Assembly (NCBI GenBank): GCA_002500485.1
Contig: DLRJ01000028.1
Span: 1-60,920, forward strand
Direction of reading: 5' to 3'
Length of the DNA: 60,920 bases
From: Dehalococcoidia bacterium UBA7891
Lineage (GTDB): Bacteria > Chloroflexota > Dehalococcoidia > Lucifugimonadales > UBA826
Shown: positions 8,780-17,824 of the stretch, piece after piece
How positions within the stretch are numbered: position 1 is the first letter of the stretch
Layout: each line of letters starts with the position of its first letter
The notes under the pieces: model-generated
Databases searched by the model: none
Seen by the model: only the letters and a program-made list of their open reading frames with translations
What the model was told of the DNA's origin: nothing
Translations under genes and position numbers: made by a program

Positions 8780-9265
8780 ATGTTCACTATCTTAAATCAA
8801 TATTCATACGTATTGATTTCTCTTTTTGTTTTGACGGTAGCTTTTTTGTTGGCCTACCGTACTTTTTCGATAAAAATCGCTTTATTGTCCGTTCTAATCC
8901 TTGTGGTGTGTGTGATTTTTTTCCAGAATTCCTTGACCAGCTCATCTGATGAGATAAAGGATATTTCTGGTTGGGACTCATTGCACAATTCTGATCGTCC
9001 CATATTACTGTACCTATATTCCGATTTTTGAATTGGATGTCTATCTATGAAACCTGCCGTCGACAGGTTGGAAGCACAACTGGATGAGAAGTTAATCTTT
9101 GTCAGGCTTGAAGTGCAAAGCCATGTTGGGAAGATTTTGTATAGCAAATACGAAGGAAAGTTGGTACCAACTTTCATAATTTTTGACCAATTTGGGGCTA
9201 TTCGTTACACAACAAATGGTGTCCCTGACTACACTTCAGTTAATTCTATGTTTGTTGATAATTGA
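8780..9265 (+). CDS. Membrane-anchored thioredoxin-fold selenoprotein (UxxC; TGA 9029-9031 read as Sec), 161 aa
   Basis: The two track ORFs share a frame and are joined by TGA-ATT-GGA-TGT-CTA-TCT-ATG, giving ...PILLYLYSDF-U-IGC-LSMKPAVDRLE...; cis-Pro motif LVPTF; two N-terminal TM helices; hairpin downstream of the UGA. Confidence 0.82.
9051..9069 (+). promoter_or_regulatory. Candidate bacterial SECIS hairpin
   Basis: AACCTG (9051-9056) pairs with CAGGTT (9064-9069) around CCGTCGA; loop G at 9059 is followed by U; the stem starts 19 nt after the UGA. Confidence 0.6.
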
Positions 9266-9271
9266 TTATGG

Positions 9272-10477
9272 CTAGATTAGTTTTTTGGTAACTATTGTTG
9301 ACCCAAATGAAAGGGCAATACACAAAAAGGAAAGAAAAAATAATCCAGGGGTAAAATCGTTGAATATATCAGCAGAAAAGCCCAATAAAATTGGACCTAA
9401 AACTCCACCTACTTCTCCTGCTGTGAAATAGAGCCCTCCAGCCGCACCTGTTTTTTCACCCCCTACCATTGATATTAATGTGAGCATGATGATCGGCATA
9501 ACGCCTCTTGATGCAATTCCCAGAACGATGAGTACACTCAAAAGTAGGGAGTTTTCAAAATAGATTAAACAGATAGTGCAGGCTGCGGCGATCCAAAAAA
9601 GGGTAAAAACAATTCTTTTATGTGCGTTGGGTTTTGCGAACTGTGGGATGATTGCTGTACCGAATGCCCCTGTAGCAACCGGTATTGCTGCTAACAATCC
9701 GGCTTTTGATGAACTTAAATTTTTTTCCACTAAAATTTCAGGAAGCCAATTATTAGTCGCGTGATTGAATAAAAACATTCCAAGAACGATAATTAGAATT
9801 AAGCGCACTTCCCTCACCTTAACTAGATCAGGGAAAGTCTTCATGCTTGCCAAGAGATCCTTTTTATCACTGGGTTTCAAACTGTTAGGTCTAAGGTCTC
9901 TTGCAAGGAATATCCAGATTATTGCGGTAATAAAAGCCACACCAGCCAGCGTCAACAAAGTTAATCTCCAACTATTGTTATAGAGAGGCATTAAAAGACT
10001 GTTGGTAGCCGCTAACACAAGAATCCGTCCTACTGCGGGGGCAGTTAGATATATTCCCATTGCACGTCCCCGGTCGGATTCAGAAAACCATGTGCTAATT
10101 AATTTTGGTGCACCAATCGATATGAAAGGACCCCCTAAACCAAACACCATTACCGCAAAAAGTATTGTTTTGTAATCGACAGCGATAGCCCTAAGGAGTC
10201 CGGAAATACCAATAAAGATAACGCCAACCATTATTGTGAATTTCAGATTGAATCTATCTAATAAAGCCCCGGCTGGAATTGCGGTCAATATATAAATTAA
10301 TGGCCATGCTCCCAATACAGTCCCCATCGTCGTGCGGCTTAAGCCTAGATCCTGACTAACCGGCCCGATTAGAGGAGGTATACCGCCCTGCACTACCCCA
10401 AATGAGAAATAGGCAAGCCAAACACCTGCGAGCATTACCCATCTATATGGAATATTTTGTTGTGAAGATTCTTTCAT
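9272..10477 (-). CDS. MFS transporter (CynX/NimT-like)
   Basis: GALLDRFNLK motif A; 12 TM pattern. Start moved to ATG 10477 (track start 10516 is also possible). Confidence 0.88.
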   Translation of the reverse strand: MKESSQQNIPYRWVMLAGVWLAYFSFGVVQGGIPPLIGPVSQDLGLSRTTMGTVLGAWPLIYILTAIPAGALLDRFNLKFTIMVGVIFIGISGLLRAIAVDYKTILFAVMVFGLGGPFISIGAPKLISTWFSESDRGRAMGIYLTAPAVGRILVLAATNSLLMPLYNNSWRLTLLTLAGVAFITAIIWIFLARDLRPNSLKPSDKKDLLASMKTFPDLVKVREVRLILIIVLGMFLFNHATNNWLPEILVEKNLSSSKAGLLAAIPVATGAFGTAIIPQFAKPNAHKRIVFTLFWIAAACTICLIYFENSLLLSVLIVLGIASRGVMPIIMLTLISMVGGEKTGAAGGLYFTAGEVGGVLGPILLGFSADIFNDFTPGLFFLSFLCIALSFGSTIVTKKLI

Positions 10478-10641
10478 TAACGAGCGTTTTTTCCTGTGCG
10501 ATGCGAAACGGCTCACGCAATAATAAGAGTTTGAGGTACTAACCCCACTAGTGCAAGATATAAACTTCAGTGCCAGTTTAGTATTTGATATATAGGTGTA
10601 TACTTTTTCGCCCGAGCATGTGATGAATAGGAGATTTATAT

Positions 10642-11622
10642 ATGCCAGAAAAGAAAGTATTTGTTACTAGAATCATAGTTCCAGATGCAATTGCCAAGTT
10701 GAAACAAAATTTTGAAGTAGAGATCTGGGATCAACCAACACCTCCTCCAAAGGAATTGGTTATACAGAAAGCCAAAGAATGTGATGGAATGATGATCGAG
10801 TCTAATGACATCATGGATGACGAAGTGTTTATCGCGGCTGGCCGTTTGAAAGTTGTGGGGACCAGGGCAATAGGAATTGACAATATAGATCTTGAATCAG
10901 CGACTAAAAATGGTGTTCTAGTAGGTAATACCCCCGGTATACTACATGAATCGTGCGCCGATTTTACAATGGGATTGATACTTTCTTTAGCCCGTCAAAT
11001 AACCCGCTCCAACAGGAAAGTTATTGCGGGGGAATGGAAAATTTTTGATCAGACTCCATATTTGGGTACCGATGTGTACGGCAAAACTTTGGGTTTAGTC
11101 GGTTTGGGGTTGATAGCTACGGCGGTCGCCAAACGGGCAAAAGGATTTGATATGGAGATCCTCTATCATTCCAGGACACGAAAACCGGATGTTGAAGATA
11201 TGTATGGACTTAAGTGGATTCCTGATTTGGATAGACTTTTGTCTGCTTCCGATTATGTTTCTGTTCATGTTCCCCTCGGACCGGAAACTCAAGGATTTAT
11301 TGGTTCAAAAGAAATTGGGAATATGAATGAGAACGCTTTTTTAATTAATACTTCCAGAGGAGGAACGGTAGACCCAGATGCCCTACGAGAAGCTTTAATC
11401 GCTGGGAAAATAGCAGGAGCGGCTTTGGATGTTACTTTTCCTGAACCAATATCGCCGGATGATCCTTTGCTCCATATGGAGAACGTGATTATCACTCCTC
11501 ATATCGCTAGCGCCAGCGCGGCCACACTTAGGAGAATGGGTTTGATGGCGGCCGATAATGTTATTGCACATCTTAGAGGTGAGACGATGCCTGCCTGTTT
11601 AAATCCGGAGGCAGTCGGGTAG
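10642..11622 (+). CDS. D-2-hydroxyacid dehydrogenase (glyoxylate/hydroxypyruvate reductase-like)
   Basis: GLVGLGLIA, INTSRGG, ALDVTFPEP and TPHIASA motifs; AGGAG RBS. Confidence 0.92.
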   Translation: MPEKKVFVTRIIVPDAIAKLKQNFEVEIWDQPTPPPKELVIQKAKECDGMMIESNDIMDDEVFIAAGRLKVVGTRAIGIDNIDLESATKNGVLVGNTPGILHESCADFTMGLILSLARQITRSNRKVIAGEWKIFDQTPYLGTDVYGKTLGLVGLGLIATAVAKRAKGFDMEILYHSRTRKPDVEDMYGLKWIPDLDRLLSASDYVSVHVPLGPETQGFIGSKEIGNMNENAFLINTSRGGTVDPDALREALIAGKIAGAALDVTFPEPISPDDPLLHMENVIITPHIASASAATLRRMGLMAADNVIAHLRGETMPACLNPEAVG

Positions 11623-11633
11623 CCCGTGGCTTT

Positions 11634-12590
11634 TTGGTGATGATGAGTATCCGATTTTTAAGCCATACATGGATGGGTATTTTTTTAATACTTACCATTC
11701 CGGGATGTTTTTTGATCGAATCTGAGGAACAGGAGCCTATAATACCCAACCAGGAACCAACATTTGTGGCGGTAATTGTTCCTGTCGCTACTGCTGAAAA
11801 TAAACAATCTACTCTTCAGGCACCATCTCCGATACCAATTTCCACCTCCGTTCCGATACCGACAGGGACTCCTGTAACCATTAGGGAAATATTTAAATCT
11901 GAAGTTGAGGACAAAACGCTTCAGAAAAAAACATTTGAGGCTGTCTCTAAAATAAATTCATTTAAATATATTCTTGAAGGTATTGCTCGAGTTGATGCGG
12001 GAGGTATTCAGGTGGGTGTGCCACTTTCAGCATCGGGAGCCGTAACTTCTTCCGTCTCCTTATCCAAATTTGAAGCCAATTTGTTAGGGATAGGATTATA
12101 TGTGGAATCTGCAAAAACGGGTGATGATATCTATACAAGGGAATCTTCTTTGGAGGAATGGAAAGATAGTCGAAAGTTGGGTATCGGGCATATATCAGAT
12201 GATTTTTTGAAGGCCGTTGGGGACTCTTTTTTAAAATCTCATCTTAGTGGAAGCGATATTTTGACAACACAAGAAAAAACCATTTTTTTATTTAATGATG
12301 ATGGACCTGTTGGTTCTGTCACTCCATTATTTGAATTAATTGCCACTGAAGAGGAGGCTCGAAGATTCTCCCCTGAAAAATGGAAGGTGAATTTGGAGGT
12401 AGATTCTGACAACTACGAAATTTCCAAAATTATCTCCGAATTTTCTCTAAGTAACGGCGGGCAATTCCTTTCAGAAGTATTTGGTATGGAGGGGTTATCA
12501 GGGGTAGGCAATACCGATGTTGAACTCGTGATAAAGTTTAGCCAAATTGGTGAGGATTTCTCCATCGTGATTCCTCAACCAGCTCATTAG
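11634..12590 (+). CDS. Putative lipoprotein with Pro/Thr-rich linker and LppX/LprAFG (LolA-fold)-like domain
   Basis: Hydrophobic leader ending LTIPGC, a PT-rich stretch, then a beta-rich domain ending IKFSQIGEDFSIVIP. Exact start and fold are uncertain. Confidence 0.6.
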   Translation: MVMMSIRFLSHTWMGIFLILTIPGCFLIESEEQEPIIPNQEPTFVAVIVPVATAENKQSTLQAPSPIPISTSVPIPTGTPVTIREIFKSEVEDKTLQKKTFEAVSKINSFKYILEGIARVDAGGIQVGVPLSASGAVTSSVSLSKFEANLLGIGLYVESAKTGDDIYTRESSLEEWKDSRKLGIGHISDDFLKAVGDSFLKSHLSGSDILTTQEKTIFLFNDDGPVGSVTPLFELIATEEEARRFSPEKWKVNLEVDSDNYEISKIISEFSLSNGGQFLSEVFGMEGLSGVGNTDVELVIKFSQIGEDFSIVIPQPAH

Positions 12591-12880
12591 CCGTCATATC
12601 CTAATACGACGAATCCTTCAGTGTCGGCCGCTTTATGCCTCAAAGCTGCTACTGGTTTGTATTCTTCTGAATTACTAAATTTATCCATATCTTCCCGCGT
12701 GGGGAATTCTAATATGACTATTCTTTTGGGTTGCCAAGTAGTATCATCTGCCAAAATTTCACCTCCCCGTACTAGATATTTCCCACCATATTTCTCGATG
12801 ATACCCGGAACTTTTTTCATATATTTCTCGTAGATTTCCCAGTCTTTAACATTAATGCTACTTATTGAATAAACGGACAT
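12587..12880 (-). CDS. DUF1330 family protein
   Basis: YGGKYLVRGG, RIVILEFP and SEEY motifs. Start at ATG 12880 avoids overlap with the upstream gene. Confidence 0.9.
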   Translation of the reverse strand: MSVYSISSINVKDWEIYEKYMKKVPGIIEKYGGKYLVRGGEILADDTTWQPKRIVILEFPTREDMDKFSNSEEYKPVAALRHKAADTEGFVVLGYDG

Positions 12881-12893
12881 TTTACTCTCTCGA

Positions 12894-14270
12894 TCACTTA
12901 ATTTTTGCACGGATGCCCTTGCCGGGTAATGCGCCTTCTTCCAAATTTGAGTTGGATACCACAGGGACCCCATTAACAATCACATGGTTTAAACCTATAG
13001 GTGGTTTGATAGGGTTTGTGTAGGTCGATTGGTCTTTTACAGTCAGCGGGTTGAATACTACTATATCGGCGTCAGCTCCCTGTTTTATTCTACCTTTATT
13101 CAAGAAGGCTGGAGCTCGACGCTGAAGTCTTTTAGCGGGCATGATAGTCATTTTTGAAAGAGCAGACATTAGATCTAAATCACCGTTTTCCCTCACGTGT
13201 TCTCCAAGTACCTTGGTGTAAGAGCCGGCCGTCCTCGGATGTCCTTTCCCATTCTCAATAATACTATCGGTCGCAATCATGGTTAAGGGACTTTTTACAG
13301 CAGCTTTCATCGATTCTTCAGGAGTCGAGAACGTTATTATCCAGCCCCCGCTCTCCCTATACTCGGAGAATGTTTTAGCAGTTAAATATTCGCCTGTATC
13401 AGGCCGCATAAGTTGTTCATAGTCGATGCCGTAATTCTCCTGCCAACCATCGTCAAATAATGCTGATTCGATTTTTGTCATTCCGGCGGTGTATGGATAG
13501 CACTCGGTGGTGACATCCAGACCCGATTGATTTGCTCCTGAAATCATATCCAAAAGTTGTGGAACAGCCCTCATTCCCGTGCTATTTAAATGGACCACAT
13601 GTAAAGGGGCCCCTGTAACCGCTGCAGCTGCTATAACTTCCTCCAGGGCCTCTATAGCGTTAGATGGTTCCAAATGGCCTTTGCCTCTGAGGTGAACATG
13701 GCAGGAGGCAGCGAATTCTGCTGCAACTTTAAACATCTGTATGACTTCCCATCGACTAGCACCTCTTGTGTAATCTAGCCCGAAACCTACGGCCAGGGCA
13801 CCTTTTTCTAGGCCTTCCCGTATAAGGTGCTGCATCTCCACTATTTCTGGGTTACTGGCCAGTTTTCTGCCGGCATCTCCTGAGGGTAGAAATACCCCAG
13901 GATCGTTCATTACTTTCATCCTGACTGGTATGTGGCCTATGCTTGCACCAAAATTAATAGGGGACTGGTTTTCCCATTTGGAATAAAAATGTTCTATGTC
14001 ACTTGTTCCTACTTCAAGTTCGAGGGTAGTCGTGACACCATCTAATGCTTGCACTTCAAAAATTTGAGTATCTTGTGGATGACAATGCAAATCAATAAAT
14101 CCTGGACATAATATTTGCCCTGGAGCATCTATCACTTGCTCACCATTTAATGGCGAGTCACTGATCATTGCTATTTTCCCTTGCGATATACCCACATTTT
14201 GTAATTGGTCAAGTCCCGATTCTGGGTCCATTACGTGAGCTTGGTTGATAACTATGTCGTAATTGGTCAT
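12894..14270 (-). CDS. Amidohydrolase, N-acyl-D-amino-acid deacylase-like
   Basis: PGFIDLHCH, ECYPYTAG, GHPRTAG and ADADIVVF motifs. Confidence 0.88.
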   Translation of the reverse strand: MTNYDIVINQAHVMDPESGLDQLQNVGISQGKIAMISDSPLNGEQVIDAPGQILCPGFIDLHCHPQDTQIFEVQALDGVTTTLELEVGTSDIEHFYSKWENQSPINFGASIGHIPVRMKVMNDPGVFLPSGDAGRKLASNPEIVEMQHLIREGLEKGALAVGFGLDYTRGASRWEVIQMFKVAAEFAASCHVHLRGKGHLEPSNAIEALEEVIAAAAVTGAPLHVVHLNSTGMRAVPQLLDMISGANQSGLDVTTECYPYTAGMTKIESALFDDGWQENYGIDYEQLMRPDTGEYLTAKTFSEYRESGGWIITFSTPEESMKAAVKSPLTMIATDSIIENGKGHPRTAGSYTKVLGEHVRENGDLDLMSALSKMTIMPAKRLQRRAPAFLNKGRIKQGADADIVVFNPLTVKDQSTYTNPIKPPIGLNHVIVNGVPVVSNSNLEEGALPGKGIRAKIK

Positions 14271-14289
14271 GTTGTGTTCTTTTACTGTT

Positions 14290-15189
14290 CTAGTTTTTGT
14301 TTATGGGAGTCAATACGGTTCCTTTTGAATTTAGCCTAATTTTATATAGGCCTGTTCTAGCCGTCATGAATAAGGTATGACCATCTTCTCCCCAGCCACA
14401 ATTTGCTGGGATTTCTGGCATAAGTATTTTCCCTAGTAGTTGGGATTCTTTTGAGAAAACCCATATCCCACCGGGTCCAGTTGAGTAAACCCGTCCTTCG
14501 GTATCAATTTTCATTCCATCTGGGACACCTTCCTCACCCGTGTCCAAATCTGCAAATTGCTTGCCATTGACTGGATAGCCATCATTGTCAATCTCGTACA
14601 CATTAATAAATTTTTCCATTGAATCAGCCACATATAATTTTTTTTCATCGGGTGAAAAAGCAATCCCGTTTGGGCCTGTCATGTCTTTGATCAATAGTTC
14701 CAGTGCCGTACCGTTTGAAGAGACTCTAAAAACCCCGTTGAAATCTAATTCTTTTCCTTGGGTCCTATTCATCAAACCATATGGAGGATCGGTGAAATAG
14801 ATCCAACCGTCTGATTTCACAACCACGTCGTTTGGGCTATTTAATCTCTTTCCTTTGTATCGAGTGGCAACAGCTCTTATATTGCCATTAGAGTCAGTTA
14901 TGGATACACGCCGGTTGGTATGTTCGCAAGCTATTAAGTTTCCGTCATGATCAAGTGTTAAGCCATTTGAATTGCCACTTGGGTATTTGTACGTAGATAC
15001 ACTTGCCCCTTCCTCTTTGACGTCATATTTAACGATTCTGCTATTCGGAATGTCTGAGAAAAGGAGACATCCTCCCACCCATATTGGTCCTTCAGTAAAT
15101 CCAAATCCTGTTGCTATGTGTTCGACCGAAGAATCCTCATTGAGTATTTCTGTGAACGCATCAGAATGGATATCAAAAGATGAGGTCAT
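14290..15189 (-). CDS. SMP-30/gluconolactonase/LRE family protein
   Basis: FTEGPIW, NSPNDVV, PNGIAFSPD and PDGMKID motifs. Confidence 0.93.
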   Translation of the reverse strand: MTSSFDIHSDAFTEILNEDSSVEHIATGFGFTEGPIWVGGCLLFSDIPNSRIVKYDVKEEGASVSTYKYPSGNSNGLTLDHDGNLIACEHTNRRVSITDSNGNIRAVATRYKGKRLNSPNDVVVKSDGWIYFTDPPYGLMNRTQGKELDFNGVFRVSSNGTALELLIKDMTGPNGIAFSPDEKKLYVADSMEKFINVYEIDNDGYPVNGKQFADLDTGEEGVPDGMKIDTEGRVYSTGPGGIWVFSKESQLLGKILMPEIPANCGWGEDGHTLFMTARTGLYKIRLNSKGTVLTPINKN

Positions 15190-15209
15190 GGCTGGTACTC
15201 CTTGTTATT

Positions 15210-15602
15210 TTAAAAGCTTGTTGGCCATGGGCCTATTTCTGGTTTTGCTTCCCATTTTCCTGGCCATGGAGGCATAGTGGAAATAATAAATTTAAGCCGA
15301 TTTTTACCAGTGTTTCTAAATTGGAATTTAGTATGCTTTGGGATAGTAAGTGATACTCCGGGCTTGACCTCTACCGTTTCCTCCATGTCTCCCTGTTGGC
15401 GCCATACCAAACCAGAACCTTCAGTAAAAAACCATATTTCTTCAACACTTCTGTGGGATATAGAACTAGAAACTAATCCGGAGGCAAGGGTGCACTCGCT
15501 TAACCCTCCTCCTTTTACTTCGTGAAATAGTCTTATTTCCGAACCATCGGGTGCTTTAACGTGAGTTGAAGGGATATAGCTGGTTTGGAATTTAGTAGGC
15601 AT
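15210..15602 (-). CDS. Cupin domain protein
   Basis: HRSVEEIWFF, PGVSLTIP, FQFRN and TMPPWPG motifs. Confidence 0.88.
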   Translation of the reverse strand: MPTKFQTSYIPSTHVKAPDGSEIRLFHEVKGGGLSECTLASGLVSSSISHRSVEEIWFFTEGSGLVWRQQGDMEETVEVKPGVSLTIPKHTKFQFRNTGKNRLKFIISTMPPWPGKWEAKPEIGPWPTSF

Positions 15603-15632
15603 ATGTATGTCTATATTGCTAATTATTTGGGA

Positions 15633-15953
15633 TTAATCGCCCATAAGAGATGGATCAACAGTTTCATAAAATTCTATGTGTTGAGCTTCAAGTAGAGGCC
15701 TATATTTGGCCCCTGCTTCCATGGCTTCCTTAGGGATGTTATTCCCTTCCCTACCTGGAGACATTATTGCATCATCAAACCATTCTAGTACGACGATATT
15801 TTGCTCCCCTGGAAGGGTATATCCATTGTATGAAACGGTGAATTCCCTCCTGTGACCTGAATCTCGATAAATTTTTGCTTGTTGATAGACAAGTTTTGCC
15901 ACGTTACCGGCTTCGCCAGGCTTGGTTCTGTAAACACGTCTGATTCTATACAT
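15633..15953 (-). CDS. Hypothetical protein, probable dimeric alpha+beta barrel (NIPSNAP-like)
   Basis: 106 aa; RRVYRTKPG...IVVLEW...IEFYE pattern; GGAG RBS. Confidence 0.7.
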   Translation of the reverse strand: MYRIRRVYRTKPGEAGNVAKLVYQQAKIYRDSGHRREFTVSYNGYTLPGEQNIVVLEWFDDAIMSPGREGNNIPKEAMEAGAKYRPLLEAQHIEFYETVDPSLMGD

Positions 15954-16022
15954 TGATTAACTCCGGTTTTGGTTATTTTGACTACATGTTAACTGACGAA
16001 AAGTTTGCAGGGTATAGACAGG

Positions 16023-17006
16023 TCAAGGGAATGTAAGAAAACTCTCGATTTCAGCGAGGGTGGGCATCGCAGCGGTATCTCCTTTTTTGGTGCAAGTGAG
16101 GGCCCCACAAATATTCCCTACTCTCAATGCTTTAGTCAGTGACTCTATCTGGCCTTCATGCTCAGCCTTGAGGAAATCACGCAAGGGAATATTTTGCCTA
16201 ATTAAGGTGCCGAGAAAACCGGCAACAAACGCGTCGCCGGCACCAACAGGGTCTATAACCTCGATTTTGATGCTGGGTTCACGAATGTAGTTGGTTCCAT
16301 TAAAAAGTACTGCGCCAGATTCGCCGTCTGTCACGATAGTTAGCGTACCGGGTTTTTTATAGAAATTAGCAGCATAGTCCTCGGCTGAAAGGTTTAGGTG
16401 CCAGATCGTTTCTGCCTCATCGTGCCCGACTTTAAATATAGATATGAATGGCAAAAGTTTTTCTAATGTGTTTTTGGCTTCAGTTGGGTTCCAAAGTTGC
16501 TCCCGATAATTAACATCTAGACAAACAGGGATATCCATTTCATTACAGAATTCTAGGGACTTAACCACAGTTTCCAAGTTTGTATTACTGAGTGCTGGTG
16601 TAATCCCTGTAATATGCAACATGTCCGCTTTTTTTAAGTGCTTTTTCACCTGCTCGAACGGTATCTCACTTGCCGCACTTCCTTTTCTGAAATACGTTTT
16701 TACATGTTGACCGTTTGCATGGTGGTTTAGATAGGAAATTCCCGTTTTCTCACCAAAACAAATAGGGGCGTCAATGTTGATATGTTGTGAAAGAATTTTT
16801 TGGATTAGCCTACCTGAATCATCTCTTCCGAGGCGGCTGACCCAAAAAATTTCAGCGTGATTTTCGGTTAATTTAGAAAGGTTAATTGCAACATTTGATT
16901 CGGCACCTGCCACATCGGGGAAATATCTTTTCTTGGGGTCGAATGAGCCAGTGTATTCGGCGTTGTATTGGACCATAGTTTCCCCAAAAGTTATAAATTT
17001 TTGCAC
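16023..17006 (-). CDS. PfkB family sugar kinase (KdgK-like)
   Basis: GETM, AGAESNVA, DVNYREQLW and DPVGAGDAF motifs; GTG start. Confidence 0.92.
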   Translation of the reverse strand: MQKFITFGETMVQYNAEYTGSFDPKKRYFPDVAGAESNVAINLSKLTENHAEIFWVSRLGRDDSGRLIQKILSQHINIDAPICFGEKTGISYLNHHANGQHVKTYFRKGSAASEIPFEQVKKHLKKADMLHITGITPALSNTNLETVVKSLEFCNEMDIPVCLDVNYREQLWNPTEAKNTLEKLLPFISIFKVGHDEAETIWHLNLSAEDYAANFYKKPGTLTIVTDGESGAVLFNGTNYIREPSIKIEVIDPVGAGDAFVAGFLGTLIRQNIPLRDFLKAEHEGQIESLTKALRVGNICGALTCTKKGDTAAMPTLAEIESFLTFP

Positions 17007-17040
17007 GGGTGCTTCCCTTGAAAAATTAGTATGGAGTTTT

Positions 17041-17799
17041 TTATTCGGTCGCTTTTGTTACAGTTTCGTGGAATTTTTCTGCTCCTTCGGCTAACCATGG
17101 GAGATAACTGAATGAGAAAAATCGGGCTCCGATATCTATATACCTTCCGACTGCATCGGTTCCGGCTAGTGTGCCTGCAGTTCTACCTGACGAACTGATT
17201 TTTTTGATGGCACCTTCCACAACTTCCTTTACTTCCCTCCGGCCCGCTCCTCCGGGATAGCCCATTGTTTGGGCTAAATCTCCTGGGGCTACAAAGAACA
17301 CATCAATGTTTTCAACTTCGAGTATTTCGTCGAGGTTATTGACCGCAATAATATCTTCGATCAAGATGATCAGCATGGTTTGATCATTTGCTTGGTTGAA
17401 ATAGTCATCCACTCCTATACCTTGCCTACTGGTGAAAGAACCTCTGTTCCCTATCGGCGCGAATTTACCGGAATCCACTACTGAAAGTGCCTCCTCTTTG
17501 GTATTGATGTGAGGAACTGTGATTGCTTGGGCACCAAGATCGAAAGTTCTATAGATGGTGGCCGGTTCATTTTGGTGAACCCGCACGATAGGTGTCATAT
17601 CCCAGAGGTCACAGGCTCTTGTTAAGTCAGGTATGTTGTTGAAATCTACAGGACCGTGCTCCCCTTCTAGCCACATTGCGTCAAATCCCAAAGGACCAAA
17701 GTGCTCTATTAAATCTCCATTCATCGGTCCCATAGGGACTGACACTATTTTCCCATCGCTTAAATTCTTTTTTGCTTTATTTTGTCTCAAGTTACTCAT
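17041..17799 (-). CDS. HpcH/HpaI aldolase family protein
   Basis: EGEHG, IVRV, LIED and FVAPGDL motifs. Start at ATG 17799 behind GAGG. Confidence 0.92.
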   Translation of the reverse strand: MSNLRQNKAKKNLSDGKIVSVPMGPMNGDLIEHFGPLGFDAMWLEGEHGPVDFNNIPDLTRACDLWDMTPIVRVHQNEPATIYRTFDLGAQAITVPHINTKEEALSVVDSGKFAPIGNRGSFTSRQGIGVDDYFNQANDQTMLIILIEDIIAVNNLDEILEVENIDVFFVAPGDLAQTMGYPGGAGRREVKEVVEGAIKKISSSGRTAGTLAGTDAVGRYIDIGARFFSFSYLPWLAEGAEKFHETVTKATE

Positions 17800-17824
17800 T
17801 GGGTTCCTCTCGTTTGCTTGGTTA

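Noticed and set aside
8738-9031. Track ORFs 8738-9031 and 9047-9265 as two separate proteins
   Set aside because: ATG 8738 lies within the terminator stem, and the two ORFs are halves of one Trx fold joined through an in-frame TGA.
12881-12979. N-terminal extensions of track ORFs at 12979, 17847, 40778 and 46185
   Set aside because: They overlap neighbouring genes or promoter regions; internal ATGs match family N-termini and mostly have an RBS.
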